64,000 nt of DNA from Tagaea sp. Its GTDB lineage: Bacteria; Pseudomonadota; Alphaproteobacteria; CACIAM-22H2. Below are positions 41,327 to 52,962 of the stretch, one piece after another (the stretch's first letter is position 1; the number at the start of each line of letters is the position of its first letter). The position numbers and the translations under genes are program-made. The notes beneath the pieces were generated by a model. That model did no database searches and was not told where the DNA came from. It saw only the letters and a program-made list of their open reading frames with translations. The DNA is taken from NCBI GenBank assembly GCA_965279525.1, contig CBDIIB010000004.1, positions 352,001 through 416,000 on the forward strand. The letters are read 5' to 3'.

Positions 41327-42724
41327 ATGGAAGGCAAGGACGCACCGCTGTCGCAGTCGCGCATGCTCGCGAACGTTGCGACAGAAGCGGGTTCGCTCGG
41401 AATCGAGATCGCGGACGTCGCGGGATACATCGACGAACTGACTGGCAACCTCAAGGGACAGGTCGCGCATTTCGGTACGGTTCGCGGCGCCACCGAGGAG
41501 CTGACGAAAGCCAACGGTGCCGTTGCCGCAGCTGCCGAAGAAGTAGGGCAGAATTCGGCACGGGTTCTCCAGGACATGGACGGTTCGCGCAGGCAGGTCG
41601 ACGGCGCCATCGCCGACATCGCGGCACTCGTCCAGACCACGCGGACGTTCGCCACGGAACTCTCGGGGCTTCGCGCAGCACTCGACCAGATCGGCAAGGT
41701 CGCCAAGGGCATCGACGCGATCGCGCGGCAGACGAACCTTCTGGCACTCAATGCGACGATCGAGGCGGCGCGTGCCGGTGAAGCCGGCAGGGGATTTTCC
41801 GTGGTCGCAAGCGAGGTTAAGGCGCTCGCGCGCCAGACCGCGGAAGCGACGTCCGAGATCGACACGACGCTCAAGGCGCTGACCGACAAGGCGGGCCGCC
41901 TGATCGGACAGTCGGAAGCATCGATCCAGCGTGCGCAGTCGGCAGAGCAGGGGGCTGCGTCGATCGGTCAGGTCATGGCCTCGATCGGCACGCACATCTC
42001 TGGCGTCTCTTCGCAGATCGGCCAGATCAGTACGGCTGTCGGCGAGATCGACCAGCGTTCGACCCGCGTCACCGATTCGATCGAAGCGATGACGACGGGC
42101 GTCGAGGCGTCGACCAAGGCGCTCGACAGCACGCGCGAGCGGGTCGACCGGCTTGTCGCGATGGGCGAACGGCTGATCGCCGTGACGGCCGCTTCGGGCC
42201 TCGAGACCGTCGACACGCCGTTCATCAAGGCGGCGCAGGAGACGGCCGCGAAGCTGAGTGCCGCCCTCGAAGCGGCGATATCGGCAGGCGAAGTGACACT
42301 GGCGGACCTGTTCGACGAGACCTATGCGCCGATTGCCGGTACCAGTCCCCAGCAGATGCGTACGCGTTTTCTCGACGTCACGGACCGCCATTTCCCCGGC
42401 ATCCAGGAACCGATGTTGAGTATCGATCCGCGCGTCGTGTTCTGCGCCGCGGTCGATCGCAACGGGTATCTGCCGACGCACAACGCGAAATTCTCCAAGC
42501 CCCAGGGCAAGGACGTCGCGTGGAACACCGCCAACTGCCGCAACCGGCGCATTTTTGCCGACCGCGTCGGACTAGCCGCAGGACGCAACGAGCAGGCGTT
42601 CCTCGTGCAGACCTACCGGCGCGACATGGGCGGCGGGCAATATGCGCTGATGAAGGACGTGTCCGCGCCGATCTCGGTCGGCGGGCGGCACTGGGGCGGG
42701 TTGCGGCTCGCCTACAAGATCTAG
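41327..42724 (+). CDS. soluble methyl-accepting chemotaxis protein with C-terminal sensor domain
   Basis: [34 protein letters not shown]. No TM segment. C-terminal [11 protein letters not shown]...RHWG domain. Confidence 0.92.
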   Translation: MEGKDAPLSQSRMLANVATEAGSLGIEIADVAGYIDELTGNLKGQVAHFGTVRGATEELTKANGAVAAAAEEVGQNSARVLQDMDGSRRQVDGAIADIAALVQTTRTFATELSGLRAALDQIGKVAKGIDAIARQTNLLALNATIEAARAGEAGRGFSVVASEVKALARQTAEATSEIDTTLKALTDKAGRLIGQSEASIQRAQSAEQGAASIGQVMASIGTHISGVSSQIGQISTAVGEIDQRSTRVTDSIEAMTTGVEASTKALDSTRERVDRLVAMGERLIAVTAASGLETVDTPFIKAAQETAAKLSAALEAAISAGEVTLADLFDETYAPIAGTSPQQMRTRFLDVTDRHFPGIQEPMLSIDPRVVFCAAVDRNGYLPTHNAKFSKPQGKDVAWNTANCRNRRIFADRVGLAAGRNEQAFLVQTYRRDMGGGQYALMKDVSAPISVGGRHWGGLRLAYKI

Positions 42725-43494
42725 GCTGCGCGGATTTCCACGAAAGCGGGCGTGTGGTCCGACGGCTTTTCCCAGCCGCGCGGGCTGCGGTCGACGCCGG
42801 CATCGTCGAGCCGGTCCGCCGCCTGCGGCGAAAGCAGCAGGTGGTCGATGCGCAGCCCATGGTCGTGCGTGAAGCGGTCGCGGAAATAGTCCCAGTAGGT
42901 GAAGAAGCGGGCCGTGGGCTGGCGGTGGCGCAGCGCATCGGTCCAGCCCTGATGGACAAGCGTGCGCCAGGCCGCGCGCGATTGCGGCTGGACGAGCGCA
43001 TCGCCCGCCATCGCCTTTTCGTCCCACACGTCGGCACCTGTCGGGCAGACGTTGTAGTCGCCGCCGAGCACGATGGGCATCTCGAGGGCGAGCAGGCCGC
43101 GCGCGTGCGCGACTAGCCGCGCCATCCAGGCCAGCTTGTAGTCGAACTTGGGGCCGGGCTGCGGGTTGCCGTTGGGAAGGTAGATCGACGCGACACGCAC
43201 GCCATCGACCGTCGCCTCGATGTAGCGGGACTGTTCGTCGGCTGGATCACCGGGCAGGCCGCGCACCACGTCCTCGATCGGCCGTTTGGCGAGTATCGCG
43301 ACACCGTTGTAGGTTTTCTGGCCGTGCGTCGCGATGTTGTAGCCGAGCGTCTCGACTTCCATCGCCGGGAACTCGGGGTCCTGGCACTTCAGTTCCTGGA
43401 GGAGGGCGACGTCAGGCGAAGCCTGCTTCAGCCATGCGACCAGATGCGGTGCGCGCGCGCGCACGGAATTGACGTTCCAGGTCGCGATCTTCAA
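42721..43494 (-). CDS. xth: exodeoxyribonuclease III
   Basis: [38 protein letters not shown]. Confidence 0.95.
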   Translation of the reverse strand: MKIATWNVNSVRARAPHLVAWLKQASPDVALLQELKCQDPEFPAMEVETLGYNIATHGQKTYNGVAILAKRPIEDVVRGLPGDPADEQSRYIEATVDGVRVASIYLPNGNPQPGPKFDYKLAWMARLVAHARGLLALEMPIVLGGDYNVCPTGADVWDEKAMAGDALVQPQSRAAWRTLVHQGWTDALRHRQPTARFFTYWDYFRDRFTHDHGLRIDHLLLSPQAADRLDDAGVDRSPRGWEKPSDHTPAFVEIRAA

Positions 43495-43504
43495 CGGAAG
43501 TTCT

Positions 43505-43861
43505 CTAGACCGAGAACGAGTTGCCGCAGCCGCACGAGCTCTTGGCGATCGGATTCTTGATCTGGAACGACGCGCCGATCATGTCTTCGACATAGTCGAT
43601 CTGCGAGCCGCCGAGCAGGTCGAGCGAAGTCTCGTCGATCACGACGGTTGCCCCGTCGCGTTCAACGACCAGATCGCCCTGAGCGACCGCATCGTCGAAC
43701 GTGAAGCCGTACTGGAAGCCCGAGCAGCCGCCGCCAGACACGGAGATGCGCAGCATCATGCCCTTGTGTTCCTCCTGCGAGAGGATGAAGGCGATGCGTT
43801 TGGCCGCAGACTCGGTAACATTGACGGTCTTCGGCGTATCGGCGAGGGCGGCGTCGGTCAT
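43505..43861 (-). CDS. erpA: Fe-S cluster insertion protein (A-type carrier)
   Basis: GGGCSGFQY, CGCGNSF. Confidence 0.93.
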   Translation of the reverse strand: MTDAALADTPKTVNVTESAAKRIAFILSQEEHKGMMLRISVSGGGCSGFQYGFTFDDAVAQGDLVVERDGATVVIDETSLDLLGGSQIDYVEDMIGASFQIKNPIAKSSCGCGNSFSV

Positions 43862-44005
43862 GGTCGAACTCCTGATCCTCCCTAACAGTTAAGAATTGTT
43901 CCCGCCATGTCAATGGACGTCGCGAACGAACGCAAAACATCCCTGCCAGGAGCGTGGGGATTCGACATTGCGGGGGCGGAAGGCCGACGTTAGCTTGCCC
44001 GGGCA

Positions 44006-45205
44006 ATGTCACGGGTTCGCCAAGCCGAGTCGAGACCGCCTTCCGCGCCGCCCGATCAAGGCCAACGGGCTGTTTTCGCATGCTTTCCGGAGCTTAGCCG
44101 GGGCCGGCGCGTGGCCGAACCTGAGAGTACGCTGCGCACCGCTTTCCAGCGCGACCGCGACCGGGTGATCCACTCGACGGCCTTCCGCCGGCTCAAGCAC
44201 AAGACGCAGGTCTTCGTGGCGCACGAAAGCGACCACTACCGCACGCGCCTGACCCATTCGCTTGAAGTGGCGCAGATCGCGCGCACGCTCGCGCGCACGC
44301 TCGGTCTCGACGAGGACCTGACGGAGTGCGTGGCGCTTGCCCACGATCTCGGCCACACCTGCTTCGGCCACGCGGGCGAAGAGGCGCTGCATGGTGCCAT
44401 GGCGCCTTACGGCGGATTCGATCACAACGCCCAGACGCTTCGCGTGCTGACGAAGCTCGAATGCCGGCATGTCGGCTTCGACGGCCTCAACCTGACCTGG
44501 GAGAGCCTCGAAGGCGTCGTCAAGCATAACGGCCCGCTCCATCCGCCGTTGCCGGCCGCGATCGCCGAATATGTCGCCGGCCACGATCTAGAACTCGATA
44601 CCTACCCGGGTGCTGAAGCACAGGTCGCCGCCCTTGCTGACGACATCGCGTACAACGCGCACGATCTCGACGACGGGCTGCGCGCCGGCCTGTTCGGTCT
44701 CGGTGATCTCGCCGGGCTGGCGCTCGTCGGCCCGACCTGCGCCGCCATCCAGGCCGAGCACCCCGGGATCGAGCCGGCGCGGACTGCCGGCGAACTCGTC
44801 CGCCGGCTGGTCGGCGCGATGGTGGCCGACGCGTTGACGGAAACGCGCGCGCGCATCGCGAAGGCTCGACCGGCTTCGGCCGACGCGGTCCGCAAGCTCG
44901 GCCATCCGGTTGTCGCCTTTTCCATTCCGTTCGGCCATCAAATGGCCGCGATCAAGGGGTTTCTTTTCGAACGCATGTACCGCCATCACACCGTCAACAC
45001 GATGACCAGCCGGGCCCGCGACGTCGTGCGCGCCCTGTTCGACAGATATCTTGCCGACCCGGCCGGGCTGCCGGCGCAATGGCAGGCCCGCGTGAGTGCG
45101 GACGACCGGCCGCGTCTTGCGCGCGCCGTCGCGGACTATATTGCCGGCATGACCGACAATTTCGCGCTGCAGGAACACAAGCGCCTGTTCGGGGGCGCGG
45201 CATGA
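44006..45205 (+). CDS. dgt: dGTP triphosphohydrolase
   Basis: [38 protein letters not shown]. Confidence 0.95.
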   Translation: MSRVRQAESRPPSAPPDQGQRAVFACFPELSRGRRVAEPESTLRTAFQRDRDRVIHSTAFRRLKHKTQVFVAHESDHYRTRLTHSLEVAQIARTLARTLGLDEDLTECVALAHDLGHTCFGHAGEEALHGAMAPYGGFDHNAQTLRVLTKLECRHVGFDGLNLTWESLEGVVKHNGPLHPPLPAAIAEYVAGHDLELDTYPGAEAQVAALADDIAYNAHDLDDGLRAGLFGLGDLAGLALVGPTCAAIQAEHPGIEPARTAGELVRRLVGAMVADALTETRARIAKARPASADAVRKLGHPVVAFSIPFGHQMAAIKGFLFERMYRHHTVNTMTSRARDVVRALFDRYLADPAGLPAQWQARVSADDRPRLARAVADYIAGMTDNFALQEHKRLFGGAA

Positions 45206-46959
45206 ACATCTTTGCCGAATTCCACGCCGCCCTCGGCGTGGCGCTCGAAGCGCTGGTGGCTGAAGGAAAACTGCCCGCCGGTCTCGATCTCGCGCGCGCC
45301 GTCGTCGAGCCACCGCGCGATCCGACGCATGGCGACCTGTCCACGAACGCGGCGCTCGTCCTTGCGAAAGGGGCGGGTACCAAACCGCGCGACGTGGCGC
45401 AGATGCTGGCCGACAAGCTCGCCGCCGATCCGCGCGTCGAGAAAACCGAGATCGCGGGACCCGGCTTCGTCAACCTGCGGCTCAATCCGTCGGTCTGGCG
45501 GGATCTGGTGCGCGCGATTCTCGCGGCCGGCACCGGATATGGCGCCGGGAAGGCCGGGGCAGGGCGGCCGGTCAATGTCGAATACGTGTCGGCGAACCCG
45601 ACAGGCCCGATGCATGTCGGCCATTGCCGCGGTGCCGTCGTGGGCGACGCGCTCGCCTCGCTGCTCGACAAGACCGGCTTTGCGGTGACGCGCGAGTACT
45701 ACATCAACGACGCCGGCGCCCAGGTGGATACGCTCGCACGTTCGGTCCATCTTCGCTATCGCGAGGCGCTGGGCGAGGCGATCGGCCAGATCCCGGAAGG
45801 CTACTATCCCGGCGAATATCTGGTGCCCGTCGGCAAGTCGCTTGCCCAGAAGCACGGCGACAAGTACCGCTCGGCCCCCGAAGGCGAATGGCTTGCCGAA
45901 TTCCGCACCTTCGCAATCCACGCGATGATGGAGCTCATCCGCGGCGATCTTGCTGCGCTCGGCGTGAAGCATGCCGTGTTCACCAGCGAACGGCGCGACA
46001 TCGTGGGCGAGGGCCGCGTCGAGGAGGCGATCGAGCGGCTCAAGCTGCGAGATCTCGTCTACACGGGCGTGCTCGAGCCGCCCAAGGGCATGAAGCCCGA
46101 CGACTGGGAGCCGCGCCCGCAGCTCCTCTTCAAAGCGACCGAGTTTGGCGACGACGTCGACCGGCCGTTGCGCAAGTCCGACGGCAGCTGGACCTATTTC
46201 GCGGCTGACATGGCCTATCACCTCGACAAGTACCGGCGCGGCTTCGTGCGGCTGATCGACGTGTGGGGCGCGGACCACGGCGGCTACGTCAAGCGCGTGG
46301 ACGCGGCCGTCAAGGCGCTGTCGGAGGGGCGTGCCACCTTCGAGGTGAAGCTCTGCCAGATGGTCAACCTGATGGACAAGGGCGAGCCGGTGAAGATGTC
46401 CAAGCGTTCGGGCAACTTCGTCACGCTGCGCGACGTCGTCGACGAAGTGGGTGCCGATGTCGTGCGCTTCGTCATGCTGACGCGCAAGCAGGACCAGCAT
46501 CTCGATTTCGACTACGCGAAGGTGCGCGAACAGTCGAAGGACAATCCTGTTTTCTACGTCCAGTACGCGCATGCGCGACACCGCTCGGCGTTCCGCCAGG
46601 CGCTGCAGGCGTTCCCGGACATCGACACGTCGGATGCCGCACTCGCGAAGGCAGATCTCGACCGCATCGTCGACGGCGAGGAGCTTTCGCTGCTACGCCA
46701 GATTTCCGGTTTCCCGCGCATGCTCGAAGCCGCGGCCGAGGCGGGCGAGCCGCACCGCGTGGCGTTCTGGCTCTACGATCTCGCTTCGCAGTTCCATGCG
46801 CTGTGGAGCCGCGGCAACCACGAGACGGCGCTGCGCTTCGTCGTACCGGACGACCTGGAGCTTACGAAGGCGCGCCTGGCGCTGCTGCGCGCATTGGGTG
46901 TCACGATCGCGGCCGGGCTCGAGTTGCTCGGCGTGCGCCCTGTCGAGGAGATGCGGTAG
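45202..46959 (+). CDS. argS: arginyl-tRNA synthetase
   Basis: [35 protein letters not shown]. Confidence 0.98.
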   Translation: MNIFAEFHAALGVALEALVAEGKLPAGLDLARAVVEPPRDPTHGDLSTNAALVLAKGAGTKPRDVAQMLADKLAADPRVEKTEIAGPGFVNLRLNPSVWRDLVRAILAAGTGYGAGKAGAGRPVNVEYVSANPTGPMHVGHCRGAVVGDALASLLDKTGFAVTREYYINDAGAQVDTLARSVHLRYREALGEAIGQIPEGYYPGEYLVPVGKSLAQKHGDKYRSAPEGEWLAEFRTFAIHAMMELIRGDLAALGVKHAVFTSERRDIVGEGRVEEAIERLKLRDLVYTGVLEPPKGMKPDDWEPRPQLLFKATEFGDDVDRPLRKSDGSWTYFAADMAYHLDKYRRGFVRLIDVWGADHGGYVKRVDAAVKALSEGRATFEVKLCQMVNLMDKGEPVKMSKRSGNFVTLRDVVDEVGADVVRFVMLTRKQDQHLDFDYAKVREQSKDNPVFYVQYAHARHRSAFRQALQAFPDIDTSDAALAKADLDRIVDGEELSLLRQISGFPRMLEAAAEAGEPHRVAFWLYDLASQFHALWSRGNHETALRFVVPDDLELTKARLALLRALGVTIAAGLELLGVRPVEEMR

Positions 46960-46962
46960 GCG

Positions 46963-47835
46963 ATGCTGCCCGAAGGTGCGAGCCCCATCCTGAAGATCGA
47001 CGGCGAGGCCGCGCACGATGCTGTCGCGGCGCGCAAGCAGTCGGGCAAGGGCGGTGCCCGCATGTTCGGGGCCGTGTTCGCGTTCGCCGCGATCGTCGGG
47101 TTCGGTAGCCTGATCGCCTATTACTTCGTGCAGAACCGCGACGGCAGCCTCGATCCGGCCAACATTCCGGTCGTGCGGGCCGATCCGCGACCGATGAAGG
47201 TCAAGCCCGAGAATCCGGGCGGGATCGATGTGCCGTTCCAGAATACCGAGATATACGACCGTGTCGGCCAGCAGACGGGCGGTATGGCGCCGGTACGCCC
47301 GCCGGCCGCAGGTTCCGTCCCGCCGGCCCGACCCGGCGAACGGCTGTTGCCAGGCCCCGAAGCGCCGATGCCCCGACCGCAACCCCCGCCGGCACCCGTG
47401 GCGGCCATTCCGGTCGTGCCCGAAATCGTGGCCCCGCCGGACGCCGTCGTCGTGACGCCGACACCGCCGCCGGCCGCACGTGCCCCTGCGCCGCTTGCGG
47501 CCGCCCCGTCGCTGCCAGCACCCGCAGCGCCGGCCGTGGCCGCCGCACGACCGGCTCCGGCCGCGCCGGCAGCGGCAGCACCGGCCGGGCCCGGCCCGCG
47601 CATCCAGCTTGCCTCGGTGCGCGACATGGCCGACGCGCAACGCGAATGGGCGCGCGTTACACGCCAGTATTCCGACGTCCTCGGCGGGCTGTCGCCGCAG
47701 TTCGTGCCTGCCGATCTGGGCGACAGGGGCGTGTTCATCCGTGTCCAGGCAGGCCCGTTCGCGAGCCCCGAAGCCGCCCGTGCCGCATGCGATGCCTTGC
47801 GCGCGCGCGGCGCAGGCTGCAACGTGGTGCGCTGA
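46963..47835 (+). CDS. SPOR-domain cell division protein (FtsN-like)
   Basis: One TM segment, KVKPENPGG, Pro/Ala linker, C-terminal SPOR domain with two Cys. Confidence 0.85.
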   Translation: MLPEGASPILKIDGEAAHDAVAARKQSGKGGARMFGAVFAFAAIVGFGSLIAYYFVQNRDGSLDPANIPVVRADPRPMKVKPENPGGIDVPFQNTEIYDRVGQQTGGMAPVRPPAAGSVPPARPGERLLPGPEAPMPRPQPPPAPVAAIPVVPEIVAPPDAVVVTPTPPPAARAPAPLAAAPSLPAPAAPAVAAARPAPAAPAAAAPAGPGPRIQLASVRDMADAQREWARVTRQYSDVLGGLSPQFVPADLGDRGVFIRVQAGPFASPEAARAACDALRARGAGCNVVR

Positions 47836-48863
47836 TGACTCGACGCCACCCGCTTGCCGCGATCTTCGGATGCGCCGGCACCGCCCTGACGCCCGCCGAG
47901 TTCGGCTTCCTGCGCGAAGCCGATCCGCTGGGCTTCATCGTGTTCGCGCGCAACATCTCGACGCCTGATGCCACCCGTGCGTTGATCGCCTCGTTCCGCG
48001 AAGCCGTCGGGCGCGACGATGCGCCGGTGCTGATCGACCAGGAAGGCGGACGTGTGGCGCGCCTGCGCCCGCCGCATTGGCGCAAATCGCCGCCGGCCAA
48101 GACCTTCGTCGAGCGTGCGGCCGTGCGCGGTCAGGCTGCCGCAGTCGCGGCCGTGCGGACGAACTTCCGGCTGATCGCGGCCGAACTCACCGCACTGGGC
48201 ATCGATGTCGACTGCGCGCCAGTCGCCGACGTGCCTGTCCCCGGCGCCCACGACGTCATCGGCGACAGGGCTTATGGCGCCGATCCGGCCGTGATCGCCA
48301 CCTATGCACGCGCCGTGGCCGACGGGCTGCTCGATGGCGGAGTCATCCCGGTCGTCAAGCACATGCCGGGGCATGGCCGCGCGCGATCGGACAGCCATCA
48401 TGAACTGCCGGTCGTGGACGCGTCTCGCGCCGATCTCGAGCGGACGGATTTCGCGCCCTTCAAGGCATTGGCCGACCTGCCGTGGGCGATGACGGCGCAT
48501 GTGAAGTTCCTCGACATCGATGCCGACCGTCCGGCCACGACCTCGGCCTTCGTGATCGAGAACGTGATCCGCCGGCATATCGGGTTCGGCGGACTGCTGC
48601 TTTCGGACGACCTGTCCATGCAGGCGCTTGCCGGCACGATGGCCGAACGCACGCGCGCATGTCTTTTCGCGGGCTGCGACGTCGTCCTGCACTGCAACGG
48701 CGATTTCGCGGAAATGGAGCAGGTCGCACTGGCCGCGCGCCCGCTTGACGACGAAGGCGCCGAACGCGTGGCGTCCGGCGTCCGGCTTCGCAATGCCCGG
48801 GTGCGCGCAGGATTCGACACGGCGGGTGCCGAAGCCGAACTGAGTGCGTTTCTGGCCGGATGA
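47835..48863 (+). CDS. nagZ: beta-N-acetylhexosaminidase
   Basis: [31 protein letters not shown]. Confidence 0.95.
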   Translation: MTRRHPLAAIFGCAGTALTPAEFGFLREADPLGFIVFARNISTPDATRALIASFREAVGRDDAPVLIDQEGGRVARLRPPHWRKSPPAKTFVERAAVRGQAAAVAAVRTNFRLIAAELTALGIDVDCAPVADVPVPGAHDVIGDRAYGADPAVIATYARAVADGLLDGGVIPVVKHMPGHGRARSDSHHELPVVDASRADLERTDFAPFKALADLPWAMTAHVKFLDIDADRPATTSAFVIENVIRRHIGFGGLLLSDDLSMQALAGTMAERTRACLFAGCDVVLHCNGDFAEMEQVALAARPLDDEGAERVASGVRLRNARVRAGFDTAGAEAELSAFLAG

Positions 48864-48879
48864 ACCGAAGGAGAGACCT

Positions 48880-49536
48880 TTGCTGACGATTTACGGCGTC
48901 TACCGCTCGCGCGCTTCGCGCAACATCTGGCTTGCGAACGAGCTTGGCCTGAAGTTCAAGCATGTGCCGGTCATCCAGGCCAATCGGCTGCCCGATCCGC
49001 TTTCGAAGGACGCTCCGCTCAACACGCGAAGCCCTGACTTCGCCAAGATCAATCCGAACTGCCAGATCCCGTCGATCGACGACGACGGGTTGGTGCTGCA
49101 CGAATCCCTGGCGATCAATCTCTATCTCGCCCGCAAGCATGGCGGACCTCTCGCCGCAGCGTCGCCTGCCGAAGACGGACAGATGACGATGTGGTCGCTG
49201 TGGGCCGCGACCGAGGTCGAGCCGCATTCGATCCAGGTTCTCTACAACATGGTCGCCAAGCCGCCGGCAGAGCGCGACACGAAACTCGCGGCAGCCTCGG
49301 TCGAGGCGCTGCGCAGCCGGTTCGCGGTGCTCGACAAGGCTCTGGCGGCAACGAAGCATCTCGTCGGGGGCCGTTTCACGGTCGCCGACGTCAATGTGGC
49401 GGAGATAATCCGTTACGCGACGCCGGCAACGGAACTTTTCGACGCGGCCCCGAACGTCAAGGCGTGGCTTGCCGCATGCCAGTCGCGCCCGGCCTTCAAG
49501 TCGATGTGGGCAACGCGGGACACCGAACCGGTCTGA
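48880..49536 (+). CDS. glutathione S-transferase family protein
   Basis: [35 protein letters not shown] start after SD AAGGAG. Confidence 0.9.
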   Translation: MLTIYGVYRSRASRNIWLANELGLKFKHVPVIQANRLPDPLSKDAPLNTRSPDFAKINPNCQIPSIDDDGLVLHESLAINLYLARKHGGPLAAASPAEDGQMTMWSLWAATEVEPHSIQVLYNMVAKPPAERDTKLAAASVEALRSRFAVLDKALAATKHLVGGRFTVADVNVAEIIRYATPATELFDAAPNVKAWLAACQSRPAFKSMWATRDTEPV

Positions 49537-49566
49537 CGGATTCCGGCACCGCCCTGGCTGGGGTTC

Positions 49567-49638
49567 TGTGGAAAAGGTGGCGCTTCCGTCCCACCGAACC
49601 ATGGGGTATCCAAATTGAGCCGGATAGCGGTCGAGTCG
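49567..49638 (+). promoter_or_regulatory. consensus DnaA box and CGAGTCG site upstream of scpAB
   Basis: TGTGGAAAA (reverse complement TTTTCCACA, fits TTWTNCACA) at 49567-49575. CGAGTCG at 49632-49638. Confidence 0.45.
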
Positions 49639-49755
49639 CAACCGGTTTCGAAAATTTATGTATGTGTCTCAGCGTCTTGTGCGTCGAAGTTACGGTGAAA
49701 TGTCCGCTAAGCGAACCAATCTCCTGCCGGTAACAACAAGGGAACTGGGCGTCCG

Positions 49756-50601
49756 ATGAACGCGGCCGTCGATCCAGGTTTCGAGCCCGATCCCGAACGT
49801 CAGCCGCTCGTGGCCGACGACGGGTCGCTTGTCGTCAATCTCGGTGCCTATGACGGGCCGATCGACCTGCTGCTCGGCCTTGCGCGCGACCAGAAAGTCG
49901 ACCTGACGCGCATCTCGATCCTGGCGCTCGCCGAGCAGTATCTGGCGTTCATCGCGGCGGCCAAACGCCTGCGGCTGGAGATCGCCGCTGACTACCTCGT
50001 CATGGCGGCGTGGCTCGCATTCCTCAAGTCGAAGCTGCTTCTGCCGCCCACGCCCGAGGAGCCCGAACCCGAGCCGACCGCCGCCCAGATGGAGGCGGCG
50101 CTGCGCTACCAGCTCGAGCGCCTTCAGGCCATGCAAGAAGCCGGTGCACGCCTGATGGGGCGCGGCCTGCTCGGGCGCGACGTCTTCGTGCGCGGGGCAC
50201 CCGAAGGCGTTCCGGTCGAGACGACCGAGGTCTGGGACATCAAGCTCATCGACCTGCTCAAGGCCTATGCCGAGTATCGCAACCGTTCGTCGGAAAAGCC
50301 GGTCCTGCGCATTGTCGCGACAGAGCTCGACACGATGGAAGCGGCGATCGAACGGCTTTCGCAAATGCTCGGCAGCATGCACATCCCGGACTGGACGACC
50401 CTGCAGTCGTTTCTGCCGCCGGGCCTGCGCGACGACACGGTCGGGCGCAGCCATGTCGCCGCGACGCTATCCGCCACGCTGGAACTGGTCCGGACCGGGC
50501 AACTCCAGATCCGCCAGGACAGCAGCTTCGGGCCGATCTATCTGCGCCGCCCGCCGGAAAACCAGATCGCCGAATTTCCCGTCGACAGGACACCGCAATG
50601 A
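49756..50601 (+). CDS. scpA: segregation and condensation protein A
   Basis: YDGPIDLLL, ADYLVMAAWLAFLKSKLLLP, TLELVR. Confidence 0.95.
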   Translation: MNAAVDPGFEPDPERQPLVADDGSLVVNLGAYDGPIDLLLGLARDQKVDLTRISILALAEQYLAFIAAAKRLRLEIAADYLVMAAWLAFLKSKLLLPPTPEEPEPEPTAAQMEAALRYQLERLQAMQEAGARLMGRGLLGRDVFVRGAPEGVPVETTEVWDIKLIDLLKAYAEYRNRSSEKPVLRIVATELDTMEAAIERLSQMLGSMHIPDWTTLQSFLPPGLRDDTVGRSHVAATLSATLELVRTGQLQIRQDSSFGPIYLRRPPENQIAEFPVDRTPQ

Positions 50602-51383
50602 ACACGGCCAACGAAATCGCCGAACCTGAAATCGAAGCCGAAGCCGAGGCGGTCGTTCCGGCCGAGGCGAGCGAAGCCGAAGCGGTCGAACTGCCGCCCG
50701 AAGAGCTGCATGCACAGGCTGTCCGCGTGGTCGAAGCCCTCGTTTTCGCGTCGTCCGAAGCGCTCAGCATCAAGGATATCGCCCGCCGCCTGCCCAAGAG
50801 CGTCGACATCAAGGCGGTGCTGGCGGAAATCGAGGAACATTATTCGGCACGCGGCGTCAATTTCGTGCGCGTGGCGGGAAAGTTCGCGTTCCGCACCGCC
50901 GCCGACGTCGCCGACAAGCTCAAGATCGAGCGCGTCCAGTCACGCAAGCTCAGCCGTGCTGCCCTCGAGACGCTCGCGATCGTGGCCTACCAGACGGCTG
51001 AAGAAAAGCCGGTGACGCGCGCCGAGATCGAGGAGATCCGCGGCGTGGCGCTGTCGAAGGGCACGCTCGAGATCCTCATGGAAGCCGGGTTCGTCGGGCC
51101 CAAGGGCGTGCGCGAGACGCCGGGCCGGCCGGTCACCTACGCCACCACCGACCGCTTCCTCGAGCATTTCGGTCTCGACGGTATCAAGGCGCTGCCCGGC
51201 CTGCGGGAGCTTGGCGAACTCGGTCTTCTGGATACGCGTCCGGCCGTCAGCGCTTACAGCGAGGACAGCGGGCTTGCGGCCCAGCCCGAGATGGGCGATG
51301 CGGCGGAATCCGAGCCGGAGCTGGTCGACGACCGCGAGATGTCGCCCGAGGATCGGGCCGCCGAGGCGCCGCGCGCGGAGTGA
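50598..51383 (+). CDS. scpB: segregation and condensation protein B
   Basis: VEALVFAS, LSRAALETLAIVAY, PVTRAEIEEIRGV, PGRP, FLEHFGL. Confidence 0.95.
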   Translation: MNTANEIAEPEIEAEAEAVVPAEASEAEAVELPPEELHAQAVRVVEALVFASSEALSIKDIARRLPKSVDIKAVLAEIEEHYSARGVNFVRVAGKFAFRTAADVADKLKIERVQSRKLSRAALETLAIVAYQTAEEKPVTRAEIEEIRGVALSKGTLEILMEAGFVGPKGVRETPGRPVTYATTDRFLEHFGLDGIKALPGLRELGELGLLDTRPAVSAYSEDSGLAAQPEMGDAAESEPELVDDREMSPEDRAAEAPRAE

Positions 51384-51423
51384 AGTTGCGTACCGGACGG
51401 CGGTCGCCTAGCTTGCCCCGGTC

Positions 51424-52539
51424 ATGACCGCCCGCCCGCACTTCGATCTCGAATCAAAGCTCCCGGAATTGCCGGGCCTGCGCCTGCAGGGCATTTCCCA
51501 TTCGTTCGGCAGCACGCGTGCGCTGGTCGACGTTTCGCTGGCCGTCGTGCCGGGAGAACTCGTCTGTCTTCTCGGTCCGTCGGGTTGCGGAAAGTCGACC
51601 TTGTTGCGCGTGGCGGCCGGGCTCGAACCGTTGCAGAAAGGCTCGATCGTCCTGGACGGGTGTGCGGTCGCCGAGCCCGGCTACGCTGTACCGCCCGAAC
51701 GGCGCGGCGTCGGGCTGGTCTTCCAGGACTACGCGCTATTCCCGCATCTCGACGTGGCCGACAACGTGGCGTTCGGACTTGCGGGCCTGGATGTGCAGGC
51801 ACGTGCGACGCGCGTGCACGAAGCGCTCGAAGCCGTCGGCATGCTGGCGCAGCTGCATGCCTGGCCGCACACGCTTTCGGGCGGACAGCAGCAACGCGTG
51901 GCGTTGGCGCGGGCACTGGCACCCAAGCCGCGCGTCGTGCTGATGGACGAGCCGTTCTCCGGCCTGGATGCGCGCCTGCGCGAGACGATACGCGACGATA
52001 CGCTGCATGTCCTCAAGCGGAGCGGGGCGGCCACGCTGATGGTCACGCACGATCCCGAGGAGGCGATGTTCATGGCCGACCGGATCGCGGTGATGCGCGA
52101 AGGCGGCATCGAGCAGGACGATGTGCCGCTGCGCGTCTACGGGGAGCCTGCGACCGCTTTCGTCGCCCGCTTCTTTGGCCAGCTCAACGAATATGAAACG
52201 CGCGTCGCGAGCGGAACCGCCGCCACGCCGTTCGGAACCGTCGCCGCTGCGGGCTTCGCCGACGGCGCGCGGGTGAAGATCCTCATCCGGCCCGAAGGGC
52301 TGCGTCTGCGCGACGATCCCGACGCGCGCCATCCGGCCAAGGTCCTTGCCGCACGCCTGCTCGGGCGCTCGTCGTGGATCCATCTGTGCCTTGGCCAGCA
52401 GGCGGGCGAGGGGGACGACGGTCATAGCCACTTCCATGCCCGCGTGCCCGGGCGCTTCCTTCCGGCCGAGGGCGACGTGCTCGGTGTCGAACTCGATCCC
52501 GCCCAAGTCTTTGTTTTTCCGGCCGCCGACCCTATCTAG
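51424..52539 (+). CDS. ABC ATP-binding protein (FbpC/PotA-like, TOBE domain)
   Basis: GPSGCGKST, VFQDYALFPH, LSGGQQQR, MDEPFSGLD. Confidence 0.9.
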   Translation: MTARPHFDLESKLPELPGLRLQGISHSFGSTRALVDVSLAVVPGELVCLLGPSGCGKSTLLRVAAGLEPLQKGSIVLDGCAVAEPGYAVPPERRGVGLVFQDYALFPHLDVADNVAFGLAGLDVQARATRVHEALEAVGMLAQLHAWPHTLSGGQQQRVALARALAPKPRVVLMDEPFSGLDARLRETIRDDTLHVLKRSGAATLMVTHDPEEAMFMADRIAVMREGGIEQDDVPLRVYGEPATAFVARFFGQLNEYETRVASGTAATPFGTVAAAGFADGARVKILIRPEGLRLRDDPDARHPAKVLAARLLGRSSWIHLCLGQQAGEGDDGHSHFHARVPGRFLPAEGDVLGVELDPAQVFVFPAADPI

Positions 52540-52683
52540 GGGGTAGAAATTCCGCCCGGGAGCGGTTGCGGTCGGCGCGCGCGTCTGCCACACTCCGCCC
52601 CGATTTCGACCGAGGGTCCGTCAGGAACGCTTTTAATACAGCGTTCTAGCAGGCCCGGTCTTCGCATCACGGGAGCGACTTCG

Positions 52684-52926
52684 ATGGGTATGACGAGCAT
52701 TTGGCACTGGCTGATCCTTCTTGTTGTCGTCCTCCTGCTGTTTGGGGCCGGCAAGATTCCGAAGCTGATGGGCGACATGGCTTCGGGCATCAAGGCCTTC
52801 AAGAAGGGCATGAAAGACGACGAAGGCACGGCCGGCGAGCAGCCCGCCCAGGCCGGCGTCGCACCGCAGGTGACCGCCACGCCGGCGACGGCCCACGACG
52901 CGAGCGCCGAAAAGCCGAAGGTCTAG
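52684..52926 (+). CDS. tatA: Tat translocase subunit A
   Basis: [24 protein letters not shown]. Confidence 0.96.
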   Translation: MGMTSIWHWLILLVVVLLLFGAGKIPKLMGDMASGIKAFKKGMKDDEGTAGEQPAQAGVAPQVTATPATAHDASAEKPKV

Positions 52927-52962
52927 TCCGGACGCGACCGGGGAAGGCGCGCAAGGCCGGCC

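Noticed and set aside
47340-47600. GC-rich quasi-repeats in the SPOR gene (also the rplI and tatB tails)
   Set aside because: They encode Pro/Ala linkers. There is no constant repeat-spacer structure, so this is not CRISPR.
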